A DNA stretch of 32,000 nt from Mycolicibacterium smegmatis. GTDB lineage: Bacteria > Actinomycetota > Actinomycetes > Mycobacteriales > Mycobacteriaceae. Shown here one piece after another: positions 1 through 11,726 of this stretch. The stretch's first letter is position 1. Every line of letters begins with the position of its first letter. The position numbers and the translations under genes were made by a program. The notes under the pieces were generated by a model. That model searched no databases, was not told where the DNA came from, and worked only from the letters and a program-made list of their open reading frames with translations. The stretch is from NCBI RefSeq assembly GCF_001457595.1, contig NZ_LN831039.1:2130001-2162000 (forward strand), read 5' to 3'.

Positions 1-492
1 GGCCGCATCCAGGTCGGCGACGAGATCGCGCTCACGGGACCCTACGGCTCGTTCACCCTCAAGGACGGACACGTGTTGCCCGTCGTGTGCATAGGCGGCG
101 GTGCGGGCATGGCGCCCATCCTGTCGCTGCTGCGGCACATGAACGAAACCGAGAACAGCCGTCCGGCAAGGTTCTACTACGGCGCACGCACCCCGGCTGA
201 CCTGTTCTATCTCGACGAGATCCTCGAACTGGGCAAGGGAATCAAAGACTTCCGGTTCATCGCCTGTCTCTCGGAGTCCGCGGACGGAGAGGTCCCCGGC
301 CGGGTCACGGTGGAGGAGGGCATGGTGACCGACGTCGTCGCCCGGCACGAAACCGCGATCGCCAAGACCGAGGTGTACCTGTGCGGGCCGCCACCGATGG
401 TCGACGCCGCGTTGATGTTCCTCGACGCCAATTGCGTGCCCAAAGACCAGGTGTTCTACGACAGCTTCACCAGCCCCATCTTCGACCAGTAG
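1..492 (+). CDS. mimB: Soluble diiron (propane/phenol-type) monooxygenase reductase, C-terminal part; 5' end outside the window
   Basis: Frame 1 is open from base 1 (GRIQVGDEIALTGPYGSFTLKDGHVLPVVCIGGGAGMAPILSLLRHM...VYLCGPPPMVDAALMFL) with FAD/NAD ferredoxin-reductase motifs GPYG, GGGAGMAP and CGPPPM. It lies directly upstream of a small hydroxylase subunit and a coupling protein. Confidence 0.88.
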   Translation, partial: GRIQVGDEIALTGPYGSFTLKDGHVLPVVCIGGGAGMAPILSLLRHMNETENSRPARFYYGARTPADLFYLDEILELGKGIKDFRFIACLSESADGEVPGRVTVEEGMVTDVVARHETAIAKTEVYLCGPPPMVDAALMFLDANCVPKDQVFYDSFTSPIFDQ

Positions 493-515
493 CAGCCCAC
501 CAGAAAGGAACTTCG

Positions 516-1622
516 ATGTCAGCCCCTGAGAAGCCAAGAGAACGAAGCTTTCCCAAGATCGAGTTCACCGACTCCGAAGCCGGAGCCAAGGAGTTTCCGA
601 GTTCCAAGAGTCGCAGTTACTCGTACTTCACGCCGGCCAAGTTGCGCGCGACGATGTACGAGGACGTCACCGTCGACGTACAGCCCGATCCGGACCGGCA
701 CCTGACCCAGGGCTGGATCTACGGCTTCGGAAACGGGCCGGGCGGATATCCGAAAGACTGGACCACGGCCAAGTCCTCGGACTGGCATGCCTTCCGCGAC
801 CCCAACGAGGAGTGGAACCAGACCATCTACCGCAACAACGCCGCGGTGGTGCGTCAGGTCGAACTGTGCCTGAAGAACGCCAAACGTGCGCGCGTCTATG
901 ACGGCTGGAACTCGACCTGGTTGACGTTCATCGAACGCAATGTCGGAGCGTGGATGCACGCCGAGAACGGCCTGGCGCTGCACGTGTTCACGTCCATCCA
1001 GCGGTCCGGACCGACCAACATGATCAACACCGCGGTCGCGGTGAACGCCGCGCACAAGATGCGGTTCGCCCAGGACCTCGCACTGTTCAACCTCGACCTG
1101 GCCGAGGCCACCGAAGCCTTCGACGGCAGCGCCCACCGGGCCGTGTGGCAGGAGGCGCGGGAATGGCAGGCCACCCGTAAGGTGGTGGAAGAGCTGACGG
1201 CGGTGGGGGATTGGTGCCAGCTGCTGTTCGCCACGAACATCGTGTTCGAGCAGCTGGTCGGTTCGCTGTTCCGCACAGAACTGATCATGCAGATCGCCGC
1301 CCGCAACGGCGACTACATCACGCCGACGATCGTGGGCACCGGCGAACACGACTACGACCGCGACCTCAACTACACCCGCAACCTGTTCCGGCTGCTGACC
1401 CGTGACCCCGAGCACGGCGAGGCGAACAAGGCACTGTTCACCGAGTGGCTGGGGATCTGGGTGCCACGTTGCCTCGACGCCGCGCTTGCGCTGCAGCCGA
1501 TCTGGTCGGCACCGGCCGACAAGGCCGTCACCTTCGCCTCCAGCCTGGACGCTGCGAAGGCGAAGTTCACAGCACTGCTGGAAGAGATCGATCTGGACAT
1601 CCCCGAGGAGTTGAACAAATGA
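516..1622 (+). CDS. mimC: Small (beta) hydroxylase subunit of a binuclear iron monooxygenase
   Basis: ATG at 516 ([23 protein letters not shown]...), trimmed from ORF 381..1622. It resembles propane/methane/phenol hydroxylase small subunits ([31 protein letters not shown]) and sits between the reductase and coupling protein genes. Confidence 0.88.
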   Translation: MSAPEKPRERSFPKIEFTDSEAGAKEFPSSKSRSYSYFTPAKLRATMYEDVTVDVQPDPDRHLTQGWIYGFGNGPGGYPKDWTTAKSSDWHAFRDPNEEWNQTIYRNNAAVVRQVELCLKNAKRARVYDGWNSTWLTFIERNVGAWMHAENGLALHVFTSIQRSGPTNMINTAVAVNAAHKMRFAQDLALFNLDLAEATEAFDGSAHRAVWQEAREWQATRKVVEELTAVGDWCQLLFATNIVFEQLVGSLFRTELIMQIAARNGDYITPTIVGTGEHDYDRDLNYTRNLFRLLTRDPEHGEANKALFTEWLGIWVPRCLDAALALQPIWSAPADKAVTFASSLDAAKAKFTALLEEIDLDIPEELNK

Positions 1623-1963
1623 GCAGCATGCAGTTCGGCGCGGCCACAGAGTTCTCCAACAAATGCGGCGTGACGCTGATGAACACCCCGATCGGGCGCG
1701 TCGTCGCCGAGGTGATGGGCGCCAAGGAAGGTGTCGAACTCACCGAGTACCCGTCGATGATCCGCGTCGACGGCGTCAAACTGCTGAGCTTCGACTACGA
1801 CGAGCTCACCGAGGCCCTCGGCGAGGAGTTCGACGGTTCGATCTTCGAGGAGATCAGCTCCACCCACTACGGACGCATGGTGCATCTCGACGACAAGACG
1901 ATGCTGTTCGCCAGCCCCGAGGATGCCGCCGAGTACATCGGCTTCGACCTCACCGCGAAGTAG
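1619..1963 (+). CDS. mimD: Monooxygenase regulatory/coupling protein (MmoB/DmpM family)
   Basis: ATGA overlap with the upstream stop. 114 aa, [52 protein letters not shown]..., typical of MmoB/DmpM effectors. Confidence 0.87.
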   Translation: MSSMQFGAATEFSNKCGVTLMNTPIGRVVAEVMGAKEGVELTEYPSMIRVDGVKLLSFDYDELTEALGEEFDGSIFEEISSTHYGRMVHLDDKTMLFASPEDAAEYIGFDLTAK

Positions 1964-1999
1964 ATCGATCCAAAGAACCCATAGCGCAAGGAGATTGCA

Positions 2000-3043
2000 A
2001 TGTACGAAAAAGACGGCCAACAGTACTTCATCGTCGACTCGCACGTTCACCTGTGGGACGGCCGGGCCTCGAACCTGAAGAACGTGCACGGCAAACAGTT
2101 CATCGACTGCTTCTACGACTACCACAAGAATCTCAGCCCGGAAGAAGCGTTGTGGGATTACGACACCTACACCTACTACGGCGGCGACCGGTTGATGAAG
2201 GACCTGTTCACCGACGGCTACGTCGACCACGCGATCTTCCAGGCCACCTTGCTCAGCGACTTCTACGTCACCGGGTTCGGCCAGACCGAGGAGGCGTTCG
2301 CGCTCACACAACGCCATCCCGGCAAGCTCACCTACAACCACGCCTACGACCCCCGTTACGGCGAGGCCGGCCTGGAACAACTGCGCCGCGATGCGGATCG
2401 GATGGGTCTGCAGGGCGTCAAGCTCTACACCGCCGAATGGCATGGTGACTCGCGCGGCTACAAGCTCGACGAGCCGTGGTCGCGGCGATATCTCGAAGAG
2501 GCCATCAAGCTGGGTATCAAGAACGTCCACGTCCACAAAGGCCCCACCATCCGGCCGTTGGACCGTGACGCGTTCGACGTGGCCGACATCGACAAAGTGG
2601 CCACCGACTACCTGGAGCTCAACTTCGTCGTCGAACATGTCGGGTTACCTCGGTTGGAGGACTTCTGCTGGATCGCCACCCAGGAGTCCAACGTCTACGG
2701 CGGTCTGGCCGTGGCCATCCCGTTCATCCACACCCGGCCGCGCTACTTCGCCCAGATCATCGGCGAACTTCTGTACTGGATCGGTGAGGACAAGATCCTG
2801 TTCGCCAGCGACTACGCGCTGTGGACGCCGAAGTGGCTGATCGAGAAGTTCGTCGACTTCCAGATCCCCGAGGACATGCTGGGTGAGTACACTCAGATCA
2901 CCGCCGAGCAGAAGCGAAAAGTTCTCGGCCTCAACGCCGCATCGCTGTACGACATCGACGTTCCCGCCGAACTGCGGCTGCCTACACCGGGGCAGGACAC
3001 GGTGGAGGTGGCCGCCGGTGCCAAGGAGAGCGTGTCGATATGA
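2000..3043 (+). CDS. Amidohydrolase family protein, conserved in mim/prm-type operons
   Basis: 347 aa with metal-binding VDSHVHLWDG at the N-terminus and the amidohydrolase_2 pattern KILFASDYALWTPKW near the C-terminus. Confidence 0.85.
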   Translation: MYEKDGQQYFIVDSHVHLWDGRASNLKNVHGKQFIDCFYDYHKNLSPEEALWDYDTYTYYGGDRLMKDLFTDGYVDHAIFQATLLSDFYVTGFGQTEEAFALTQRHPGKLTYNHAYDPRYGEAGLEQLRRDADRMGLQGVKLYTAEWHGDSRGYKLDEPWSRRYLEEAIKLGIKNVHVHKGPTIRPLDRDAFDVADIDKVATDYLELNFVVEHVGLPRLEDFCWIATQESNVYGGLAVAIPFIHTRPRYFAQIIGELLYWIGEDKILFASDYALWTPKWLIEKFVDFQIPEDMLGEYTQITAEQKRKVLGLNAASLYDIDVPAELRLPTPGQDTVEVAAGAKESVSI

Positions 3044-3783
3044 GTACCGCAGTGATCTCCCTAGAGACGGAGATCCTCGAGGCGCTGGCGACGGTGACCG
3101 ATCCCGAACTCGACGAACCGATCACCGAACTCGGATTCGTGCGCTCGGTGTTCGTCGACGATGACGGGATCACCGTCCATCTGCGGTTGCCGACGGCGTT
3201 CTGTTCCCCGAACTTCGCCTATCTGATGGCTTCTGATGCCCTGGATGCGCTACGCGAACTCGACGACATAGGGGAAGTGCGGGTGTTGCTGGACGACCAT
3301 CACGACAGTGACAAGATCAATGCGGGCCTGGCCGCCGACGCCGGTTATGTCGGCACGTTCGGTGTGGAAGCCGAGAAGAGCCTCGACGCGCTGCGGGAGG
3401 TGTTCTGGCGCAAGGCACACGCGGCGGCGATGGAACGGGCGATCACCTTACTGCTGCGCCAGACACCGATGGACGCCGAGCAGATCGGGCATCTGCTGCT
3501 GCGTGACCTGCCCGAGGGCAAGGCGAAAGCAGCGCTGCTGCGGCGTCGCTTCACTATCGGTCTGAGCAACTGCCCCAACAGCAAGGTACTCGTCGATGAC
3601 GAGGGAAAACCTGTTGCACCCGAGGCGGTTCCCATGCGGCTGCGTTTCGCCCGCTCGGTACGGATCTCGATGGAAGGCAACTCGCATTTCTGCCGGGGCC
3701 TGTTGGCCACACGGTATTCCGACGACGAACCCGCGGGCGCACTGCCCGTCGTGACCGACACCAGAACCCGAAGGAGCAGGTGA
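3040..3783 (+). CDS. MIP18/DUF59-family (metal-sulfur cluster assembly-like) protein
   Basis: ATGA overlap with the previous gene. LETEILEALATVTDPELDEPITELGFVRSV is a DUF59/PaaD-like signature. Confidence 0.82.
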   Translation: MSTAVISLETEILEALATVTDPELDEPITELGFVRSVFVDDDGITVHLRLPTAFCSPNFAYLMASDALDALRELDDIGEVRVLLDDHHDSDKINAGLAADAGYVGTFGVEAEKSLDALREVFWRKAHAAAMERAITLLLRQTPMDAEQIGHLLLRDLPEGKAKAALLRRRFTIGLSNCPNSKVLVDDEGKPVAPEAVPMRLRFARSVRISMEGNSHFCRGLLATRYSDDEPAGALPVVTDTRTRRSR

Positions 3784-4808
3784 TGAGAGCTGTGCAGGTG
3801 GTGGGCTACCACCAGAACCTGGAATTGGCCGACGTGGAGAAGCCCACGCCGACAGGTCCGTTCGATGTCGTGGTGAAGATCGGCGGCGCCGGCGTGTGCC
3901 GGACCGATCTGCACATCCTCGAAGGTCAGTGGGCCGAGAAGTCACAGGTGCAACTGCCGTACACGATTGGCCATGAAAATGCCGGTTGGGTCGAATCTGT
4001 CGGGTCCGCGGTCACCAATGTCACAGAAGGCGACAAGGTGATCGTCCATCCGCTGATCACGTGCGGGTTGTGCCGAGCCTGCCGATCCGGGGACGACGTC
4101 CACTGCGAGTCGAACGCGTTTCCCGGGATCGACACCAACGGCGGGTACGCGGAGTATCTCAAGACCTCCGCACGCAGCGTGGTCAAGATCGACGACGCAC
4201 TGGAGCCGGCCGATGTCGCGGCCCTGGCCGACGCGGGTCTGACGGCGTATCACGCCGCCGCCAAGGCCGCTCGCAGGCTGACACCCCGAGACCGGGTCGT
4301 CGTCATCGGCGCAGGAGGTCTGGGCCACATCGGGATTCAGGTGCTCAAAGCGCTGTCACCGGCCGAACTCATCGTCGTCGACCGCAACCCCGAGGCGCTC
4401 AAGCTCGCCGAGGCGATCGGCGCCGACCACTGCGTGATCGCCGACGGCAACCAGATCGAGCAGGTGCGCGACCTCACCGGCGGACACGGCGCCGAGACCG
4501 TGGTCGACTTCGTCGGTGAAGGAGGCGCGACCAGCGAGGGGATCGCCATGTTGCGCAGGGCCGGTGACTACCACGTGGTGGGCTACGGCGAGAACATCGA
4601 TGTGCCCACGATCGACGTGATCTCCACCGAGATCAACTTCATCGGCAACCTCGTCGGTTCCTACAACGACCTGTGCGACCTGATGGCACTGGCCGCCCGG
4701 GGAGCGGTCAACCTGCACACACAGAAGTACGCCCTCGACGACTTCCAGTCCGCCATCACCGATCTGGACAACGGCAACGTCCGCGGGCGCGCGATCCTCG
4801 TCCCCTGA
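3783..4808 (+). CDS. Zinc-dependent NAD(P) alcohol dehydrogenase
   Basis: MDR fold with GGAGVCRTDLHILEGQW, GHENAGWVESVG, zinc-loop CGLCRACRSGDDVHC and Rossmann VIGAGGLGHIG. A GTG at 3780 is an alternative start. Confidence 0.9.
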   Translation: MRAVQVVGYHQNLELADVEKPTPTGPFDVVVKIGGAGVCRTDLHILEGQWAEKSQVQLPYTIGHENAGWVESVGSAVTNVTEGDKVIVHPLITCGLCRACRSGDDVHCESNAFPGIDTNGGYAEYLKTSARSVVKIDDALEPADVAALADAGLTAYHAAAKAARRLTPRDRVVVIGAGGLGHIGIQVLKALSPAELIVVDRNPEALKLAEAIGADHCVIADGNQIEQVRDLTGGHGAETVVDFVGEGGATSEGIAMLRRAGDYHVVGYGENIDVPTIDVISTEINFIGNLVGSYNDLCDLMALAARGAVNLHTQKYALDDFQSAITDLDNGNVRGRAILVP

Positions 4809-6485
<1,677 letters not shown>

Positions 6486-6510
6486 ACGTCCTTACAGCAA
6501 CAGGTTTGGA

Positions 6511-6852
6511 GTGATCGTGATATTCATCGTCGTCAAGTTCCAGGTGGACGAGGCCTACCGCGACAAATGGCCCGCGCTGACCAAGGCGTTCACCGACGCC
6601 ACACGGGCCGAGGAAGGCAACCTGTGGTTCGAATGGTCGCGCAGCCTGGATGATCCGAACGAATACGTTCTGGTGGAGGCGTTCCGGGACTCGGAGGCCG
6701 GCGCTGTGCACGTCAACTCCGAACATTTCCACGAGGGCCTCGCTGCCATGCGGCCGGCCCTGACCGCGACCCCGCGGATTCTCCACACCGAGATCGAAGG
6801 CGAGGACTGGGCGGCGATGGGCGAACTGGAGATCGCCGACGCCTCGCGCTGA
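6511..6852 (+). CDS. Antibiotic-biosynthesis-monooxygenase (ABM)-domain small protein
   Basis: About 113 aa, FIVVKFQVDEAYRDKWPALTKAFTDATRAEEGNLWFEWSRSLDDPNEYVLVEAFRDSEAGAVHVNSEHF, a typical putative quinol monooxygenase/ABM domain. GTG start; exact start uncertain. Confidence 0.8.
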   Translation: MIVIFIVVKFQVDEAYRDKWPALTKAFTDATRAEEGNLWFEWSRSLDDPNEYVLVEAFRDSEAGAVHVNSEHFHEGLAAMRPALTATPRILHTEIEGEDWAAMGELEIADASR

Positions 6853-6858
6853 ACGCGC

Positions 6859-8034
6859 CTACAACCGATACTCGGGCAGCGCGAAGTCATCAGAGAAGGT
6901 GCGCGCCAACAGGCGGTCGGTCCACGGCACGGCGTTCACGACGCGCATGCAGAGGTCACGGAACGCGATGCCCAGGTTCGTTTTCGGGATGAACACCGCG
7001 AGGTATCTGCGTGCGGCCTCCTGTTTGGCCGCGATGAGCGGTCGCAAGGCAGTCTCATAGGCGCTGAACGCATCTCGGTGATCGCGGTGAGCGGCCAGCT
7101 CACCGGCGAGAACATAGGCCTCGGCCATGGCCAGCCCCGTGCCTTCACCGCCGAGCAGCGATATACACGCCGCGGCATCACCGACAAGCACCGTGCGGCC
7201 GCGAGACCAGCGGTCCATACGGATCTGGCTGACCACGTCGAGGTACAGATCGTCGACGTCGTCCAGTGCGTCGGTGATGCGTTCACATTCCCACCCGAGG
7301 TCGCTGAACTCACGTTTCAGCAGGGCTATTCGCTCGTCGTGGGACCCGGGAACAGTGGCATCGTCCGATCGCAGGATGAACAGGAACAATGTCCGGTCGC
7401 CGCGCAGGGCCACTCGGCCCACGGAATGTCCCGGTGCGCTGAACGTCATGTACACCAGGTCGTCACGAGGGCGGTATCCGTCGACGACGGCAGCCGCGAC
7501 CAGGCAGCCCAGATAATGCTCGGGGTCCGGTGCGCGGCCGAACGCGAGCTGGCGCACGTGGGAATGCAGACCGTCCGCGCCGACCACCAGATCGAACTCG
7601 CGCTGCGTCCCGCCGGCAAGACCGACGGCAACCCCGTCCTCGTGCTCGGTGATCGAGGCGATGCTGTCGCCGAACACCGTTTCCACCTTGCCGTCGATGG
7701 TGGAGTAGATGGTTGCGGCGAGGTCGCCGCGCGGCAGGCTGGTGAACTTGTCGTGGGTGACGCGACGAATTCCGGCGGTGTCGAGGTTCGCGCGGATCCG
7801 GCCGTCCGGGGTGACCGAACGGATGGCCGTGATGTCGTATCCCTGCTCGCAGAGCGCCGGTTCGATACCCATGCGGCACGCGACCTCGTAGCCCAGGCCC
7901 CAGAAGTCGACGACGTATCCGCCCGTGCGCAGGCGCGGGGCCGCTTCGATCAACGTAGGTTCGTGGCCCGCACGCATCAACCAGTAGGCGAGCGTGGGTC
8001 CGGCGATACCGGCACCGCTGATGGCGATTCTCAT
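6859..8034 (-). CDS. FAD-dependent monooxygenase (PHBH-like/aromatic ring hydroxylase fold)
   Basis: ATG at 8034 (MRIAISGAGIAGPTLAYWLMRAGHEPTLIEAAP; GxGxxG) with DLVVGADGLHSHVR and GRTVLVGDAAACISLLGGEG. The tabulated ORF extends further upstream. Confidence 0.87.
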   Translation of the reverse strand: MRIAISGAGIAGPTLAYWLMRAGHEPTLIEAAPRLRTGGYVVDFWGLGYEVACRMGIEPALCEQGYDITAIRSVTPDGRIRANLDTAGIRRVTHDKFTSLPRGDLAATIYSTIDGKVETVFGDSIASITEHEDGVAVGLAGGTQREFDLVVGADGLHSHVRQLAFGRAPDPEHYLGCLVAAAVVDGYRPRDDLVYMTFSAPGHSVGRVALRGDRTLFLFILRSDDATVPGSHDERIALLKREFSDLGWECERITDALDDVDDLYLDVVSQIRMDRWSRGRTVLVGDAAACISLLGGEGTGLAMAEAYVLAGELAAHRDHRDAFSAYETALRPLIAAKQEAARRYLAVFIPKTNLGIAFRDLCMRVVNAVPWTDRLLARTFSDDFALPEYRL

Positions 8035-8519
8035 CCCGGTGTCCGAGGAACGAAGCGGATGAACGGTATCTGCTCGCCGGCCGCCCGGAAGTCCTCGAGC
8101 GACCCGTCGACGGAGAATCCCATCAGCCGGGGGAGCAGGTGACGGGCGAGGAATCGGTGGCGCACAGCGTAGCGGGCGAAGATGTCGGCGCCTTCGGCCT
8201 GGTCCAACGGCAGGGCCGTGACGGCGATGGTGCGTCGTCCCACCTGGATCGTGACCCGGGGCTCGGCGAGCACGTTGCGGTACCAGGCTGCCTTCGGACC
8301 CCACCCGGAGGCGACCGTGTACGCCCCGGTCTGTGGGTCGTGCTCGACCACCTCGAGGACCACTTCTCGGTTCTTGCCGGACACCCGGCCGATGTGGTGC
8401 AGCAGCAGGAGCCGGTTACCGAACATCCAGCCAAGGTTGGCCCGGAACATCGAGATGGGCGCCCGGAACAGCAACTTGCTCAGCCCCGACGGCGGGTGGA
8501 CCCTCTTGGTGATCTTCAC
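8031..8519 (-). CDS. Ddn-like nitroreductase/F420-dependent (deazaflavin) family protein
   Basis: 162 aa, GTG start, GNRLLLLHHIGRVSGKNREVVLEVVEHDPQTGAYTVASGWGPKAAWYRNVLAEPRVTIQVG. Four-base overlap with the downstream FAD monooxygenase start. Confidence 0.82.
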   Translation of the reverse strand: MKITKRVHPPSGLSKLLFRAPISMFRANLGWMFGNRLLLLHHIGRVSGKNREVVLEVVEHDPQTGAYTVASGWGPKAAWYRNVLAEPRVTIQVGRRTIAVTALPLDQAEGADIFARYAVRHRFLARHLLPRLMGFSVDGSLEDFRAAGEQIPFIRFVPRTPG

Positions 8520-8739
8520 GTCTTGATGTCCTTTCGCGACGACGACAGTTCCGAGCCTAGTGAAAGAGCCACAAGAACGACACCCAGTATGTGAGATGTC
8601 GCCAGGATCGTGAAATCGCTTGTAGCAACGAAAAAGTCATGTGTCCGCGTGAGCAGACGGGGGTGTTCGCGGTTGCGGCTGTATGCGGACATTGCGCCAT
8701 CGCGGCCGCGCCGACCACAGGCAGGGGTACGGTCCAAGA

Positions 8740-10287
8740 ATGGCTGTCTTCACCTTCGCCGAGCTCACTCCGACCAGCCTCCTGCAGCGATCTGCCCAGG
8801 CGTTTCCCGATCGTCTCGCCATTGTCGACGGTGAGCTGAGATTGACCTACACGCAGTTCGCGGAGAGGTGCGGCCGCGTCACCTCGGCGCTGGCGGCCGC
8901 GGGTGTGCAACCCGGGGATCGGGTGGCCGCTCTGTGCACCAACAGCCACGTCATGCTGGAACTGCACCAGGCGGTGCCGGCCCGCGGGGCGGTGCTGGTG
9001 CCGCTGAACACGCGGCTGGCGTTCGAGGAGATGCAGTACATCATCGGCCACCCCGGCGCTCGTATCCTGATCGCCACCCGTGAGTTCGCCGACCGTGCGC
9101 GAGAGTTGGCTGACGACGCCGGGATCGACGTGGTGATCGAAGGTGACGGGTACGAGGAGTGGCTGCCGGACGTGGCGTCACCCGAGGATCGCGTCGCGGT
9201 CGGAGAACGGGATCTGCTCGCCATCAACTACACGTCGGGGACCACGGGCAGGCCCAAAGGCGTGATGTACCACCATCGCGGCGCCTACCTGCAGGCTGTT
9301 GCGATGGCCTACCACACGCGTCTCGATCCCTCGACCGGCTATCTGTGGACCTTGCCGATGTTCCATTGCAACGGTTGGTGTTTCACCTGGGCTGTCGGCG
9401 CTGCCGGGGGCACCCACATATGTCTGCGCAAGATCGACTCGGCCGAGATCTGGCGATGGCTGCGTGGCGGCGGTATCACCCATTTCAGCGCCGCGCCAAC
9501 GGTGTTGACGATGATCGCCGAGGATCCTTCGGCGCAACCACTGCCCGCGCGAGTGCACGTCGACACTGGCGGTGCGCCGCCCTCGCCGGCGCTGCTCGCG
9601 CGCCTTACGCCGCTGGGGTTCGACGTCACGCATCTCTACGGGCTCACCGAGACGTACGGACCGGTCGCGGTGAACGTGTGGCAACCGGAGTGGGACGAAC
9701 TGCCGGACGACGAGCAGGCGAGGCTGCGGGCCCGGCAGGGCGTGGGCAACATCATCGCCAACCCGCTGCGGGTCGTGGACCTCGGCGGTGATGACGTGCC
9801 GCGGGACGGCACGACCATCGGGGAGATCGCGGCGCGCGGCAACGACGTCATGCTCGGTTACTACAACGACGACGCCGCCACCAGCGCCGCCACCCGTGAC
9901 GGGTACTTCCTGACCGGTGACCTGGCCGCCATGCATCCCGACGGGTATGTCGAAATTCGGGACCGGGCAAAGGATGTCATCATCTCCGGCGGGGAGAACA
10001 TCGCGTCGATCGAGATCGAAAAGGTCATCGACAGCCACCCCGAGGTGGTGGAATCGGCGGTTGTCGGTGTGGCGGACGAGAAGTGGGGCGAGGTGCCGGT
10101 CGCGTTCATCACGCGGCGCGACGGGTCCGACGTGACATTCGACCAGCTCACCACGTTCCTGCGGGAACATCTCGCCGGTTTCAAGGTGCCGCGCACCATG
10201 GTGTTCGACCATCTGCCGAAGACCTCGACGGGCAAGATTCAGAAGAACGTGCTGCGTGCCCGCGCCGAGCAGGACAAGGCGAACTGA
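8740..10287 (+). CDS. Acyl-CoA synthetase (AMP-binding, fatty-acid/aryl-CoA ligase family)
   Basis: ATG at 8740; AMP-binding motif INYTSGTTGRPKGVMYHHRG, YGLTETYGPV, YFLTGDLAAMHPDGYVEIRDRAKDVIISGGENI and C-terminal PKTSTGKIQKNVLR. Confidence 0.93.
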   Translation: MAVFTFAELTPTSLLQRSAQAFPDRLAIVDGELRLTYTQFAERCGRVTSALAAAGVQPGDRVAALCTNSHVMLELHQAVPARGAVLVPLNTRLAFEEMQYIIGHPGARILIATREFADRARELADDAGIDVVIEGDGYEEWLPDVASPEDRVAVGERDLLAINYTSGTTGRPKGVMYHHRGAYLQAVAMAYHTRLDPSTGYLWTLPMFHCNGWCFTWAVGAAGGTHICLRKIDSAEIWRWLRGGGITHFSAAPTVLTMIAEDPSAQPLPARVHVDTGGAPPSPALLARLTPLGFDVTHLYGLTETYGPVAVNVWQPEWDELPDDEQARLRARQGVGNIIANPLRVVDLGGDDVPRDGTTIGEIAARGNDVMLGYYNDDAATSAATRDGYFLTGDLAAMHPDGYVEIRDRAKDVIISGGENIASIEIEKVIDSHPEVVESAVVGVADEKWGEVPVAFITRRDGSDVTFDQLTTFLREHLAGFKVPRTMVFDHLPKTSTGKIQKNVLRARAEQDKAN

Positions 10288-10303
10288 GCGCCGCCCTCAG
10301 TTC
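10281..10303. terminator. Compact bidirectional hairpin between convergent genes
   Basis: GAACTGAG-CGCCGCC-CTCAGTTC: perfect 8-bp arms containing both stop codons (TGA 10285-10287 on +, TGA at 10297-10299 on -). Confidence 0.5.
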
Positions 10304-11649
10304 TTGTACGCCGAATGCTTGGTCCCCTGGTCGAACATCGCGGGGACCACGGCAAGCACGGCCGCTCCGACGAGGACGACGCCTACACCCACGGTGGAAT
10401 GAGTCGGGGAGGCTGTCACGAGTGCCAGTGCGCCAAGGGGCGCCGCGCCGCCTGCGACCGAGGTGCCGAACTCGCGGGCCGTTCCGACGCCGCTGGCCCG
10501 CGTCGCCACCGGAAACTGCCTGCTGTAGAACGAACCCTGCGCCGCCATCATCGTCGGCACCAGAACGCCCGTGCCGACGATCAACGCGGTCCAGATCGCC
10601 CATGTCTCACCGGTGTTCAGCAATGCCAGGAAGAAAGTCGCCCACACGCCGCTGAGAACGCCGCCGACGATCAGCACGCGCTTGCTGCTCCACCGGTCGC
10701 ACAGCCGCCCCAGCAGCGGGATGACCAGGACCGCGGCGATTCCCGCGAGTGTGACGCCGAGTGCGCTGTCGGCGGCCGAGACACCTTTGAACTGCGTCAG
10801 GTACGCCAGGGAGAAGGTCTTGAAGATGTAGCTGATCGAGGTGCAGCCCAGGGCGATCCCGATGACGACGGCCAGACCGCGCCAGTCCTGGCGCAGCAGC
10901 GCGATGAGCGGGAACGCCTTGGTGCGTCGCTGTTCGGATTCCTGCGCGAAATCCGGTGTCTCGGGCACAGATGCGCGGATCCACAGACCGACGGCGACCA
11001 GCGCGAAGCTCGCGACGAACGGGATGCGCCATCCGACGGTCGTCAGGAAGTCGTCACCGAGCAGTGAGATGACGAAGACCGTCGCGGCCGACAACACCAG
11101 CCCGAGGTTCATCCCGAGTGTCGGCCATGAGCCCATGCTGCCGCGTTTGGCGACGTCGGCATGTTCGTAGCTGGCGACCGCCGCCGAGGCGAATTCGGCG
11201 CCGGCACCCAGACCCTGCAGGATCCGCAACAGCACCAGCGCGATAGGCGCCCACATACCGATCGTCGCGAAGTCGGGCAGGAAACCGATGACACCCGTCG
11301 AGACGCCCATCAAGATGAAGGTGACGACAAGTGTGCGCTTGCGCCCGATCCGGTCGCCGAGTGCGCCGAAGACGACGCCGCCGACGGGCCGGGCCAGGAA
11401 CCCCACGGCGAACGTCGCAAGCGATTGCAGCGCTGCGAATTTCGAGTCTCCTTCCGGGAAGAACACCGTCGCGAACACGATCGAGGCCATCGCGGCGTAG
11501 AGGTAGAAGTCGTACCACTCGACCGCGGTTCCGACGACGGCGGCCAGCGCCATGCGCCTCTGGCGTCGGCGTGCCTGCTCGGGGGTCTCGGTGAGGGGTA
11601 CGGCATGGGTTCCGGTGGGGCTCGCGTCGTTGAGAGCTGGGGTGGACAT
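10297..11649 (-). CDS. MFS transporter, metabolite:H+ symporter (MHS/shikimate-type) family
   Basis: AAVVGTAVEWYDFYLYAAMASIVFATVFFPEGDSKFAALQSLATFAVGFLARPVGGVVFGALGDRIGRKRTLV is a classic MHS-family N-terminus. Start chosen at ATG 11649; an upstream ATG is at 11673. Confidence 0.88.
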   Translation of the reverse strand: MSTPALNDASPTGTHAVPLTETPEQARRRQRRMALAAVVGTAVEWYDFYLYAAMASIVFATVFFPEGDSKFAALQSLATFAVGFLARPVGGVVFGALGDRIGRKRTLVVTFILMGVSTGVIGFLPDFATIGMWAPIALVLLRILQGLGAGAEFASAAVASYEHADVAKRGSMGSWPTLGMNLGLVLSAATVFVISLLGDDFLTTVGWRIPFVASFALVAVGLWIRASVPETPDFAQESEQRRTKAFPLIALLRQDWRGLAVVIGIALGCTSISYIFKTFSLAYLTQFKGVSAADSALGVTLAGIAAVLVIPLLGRLCDRWSSKRVLIVGGVLSGVWATFFLALLNTGETWAIWTALIVGTGVLVPTMMAAQGSFYSRQFPVATRASGVGTAREFGTSVAGGAAPLGALALVTASPTHSTVGVGVVLVGAAVLAVVPAMFDQGTKHSAYKN

Positions 11650-11726
11650 GGCAATCCTCTCGGTTTTGGGCACGGTGAATCGGCCGCATCGGTTGCGGCT
11701 CTTGGCAACAGCGGTGGATCAGATGG

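Noticed and set aside
1370-2638. 422-aa minus-strand ORF opposite mimC/mimD/amidohydrolase
   Set aside because: Shadow ORF with no domain signal; the plus-strand genes explain the region fully.
7078-8142. 354-aa plus-strand ORF opposite the FAD monooxygenase
   Set aside because: Antisense of a gene with GAGIAG and GDAA motifs; low-complexity translation.
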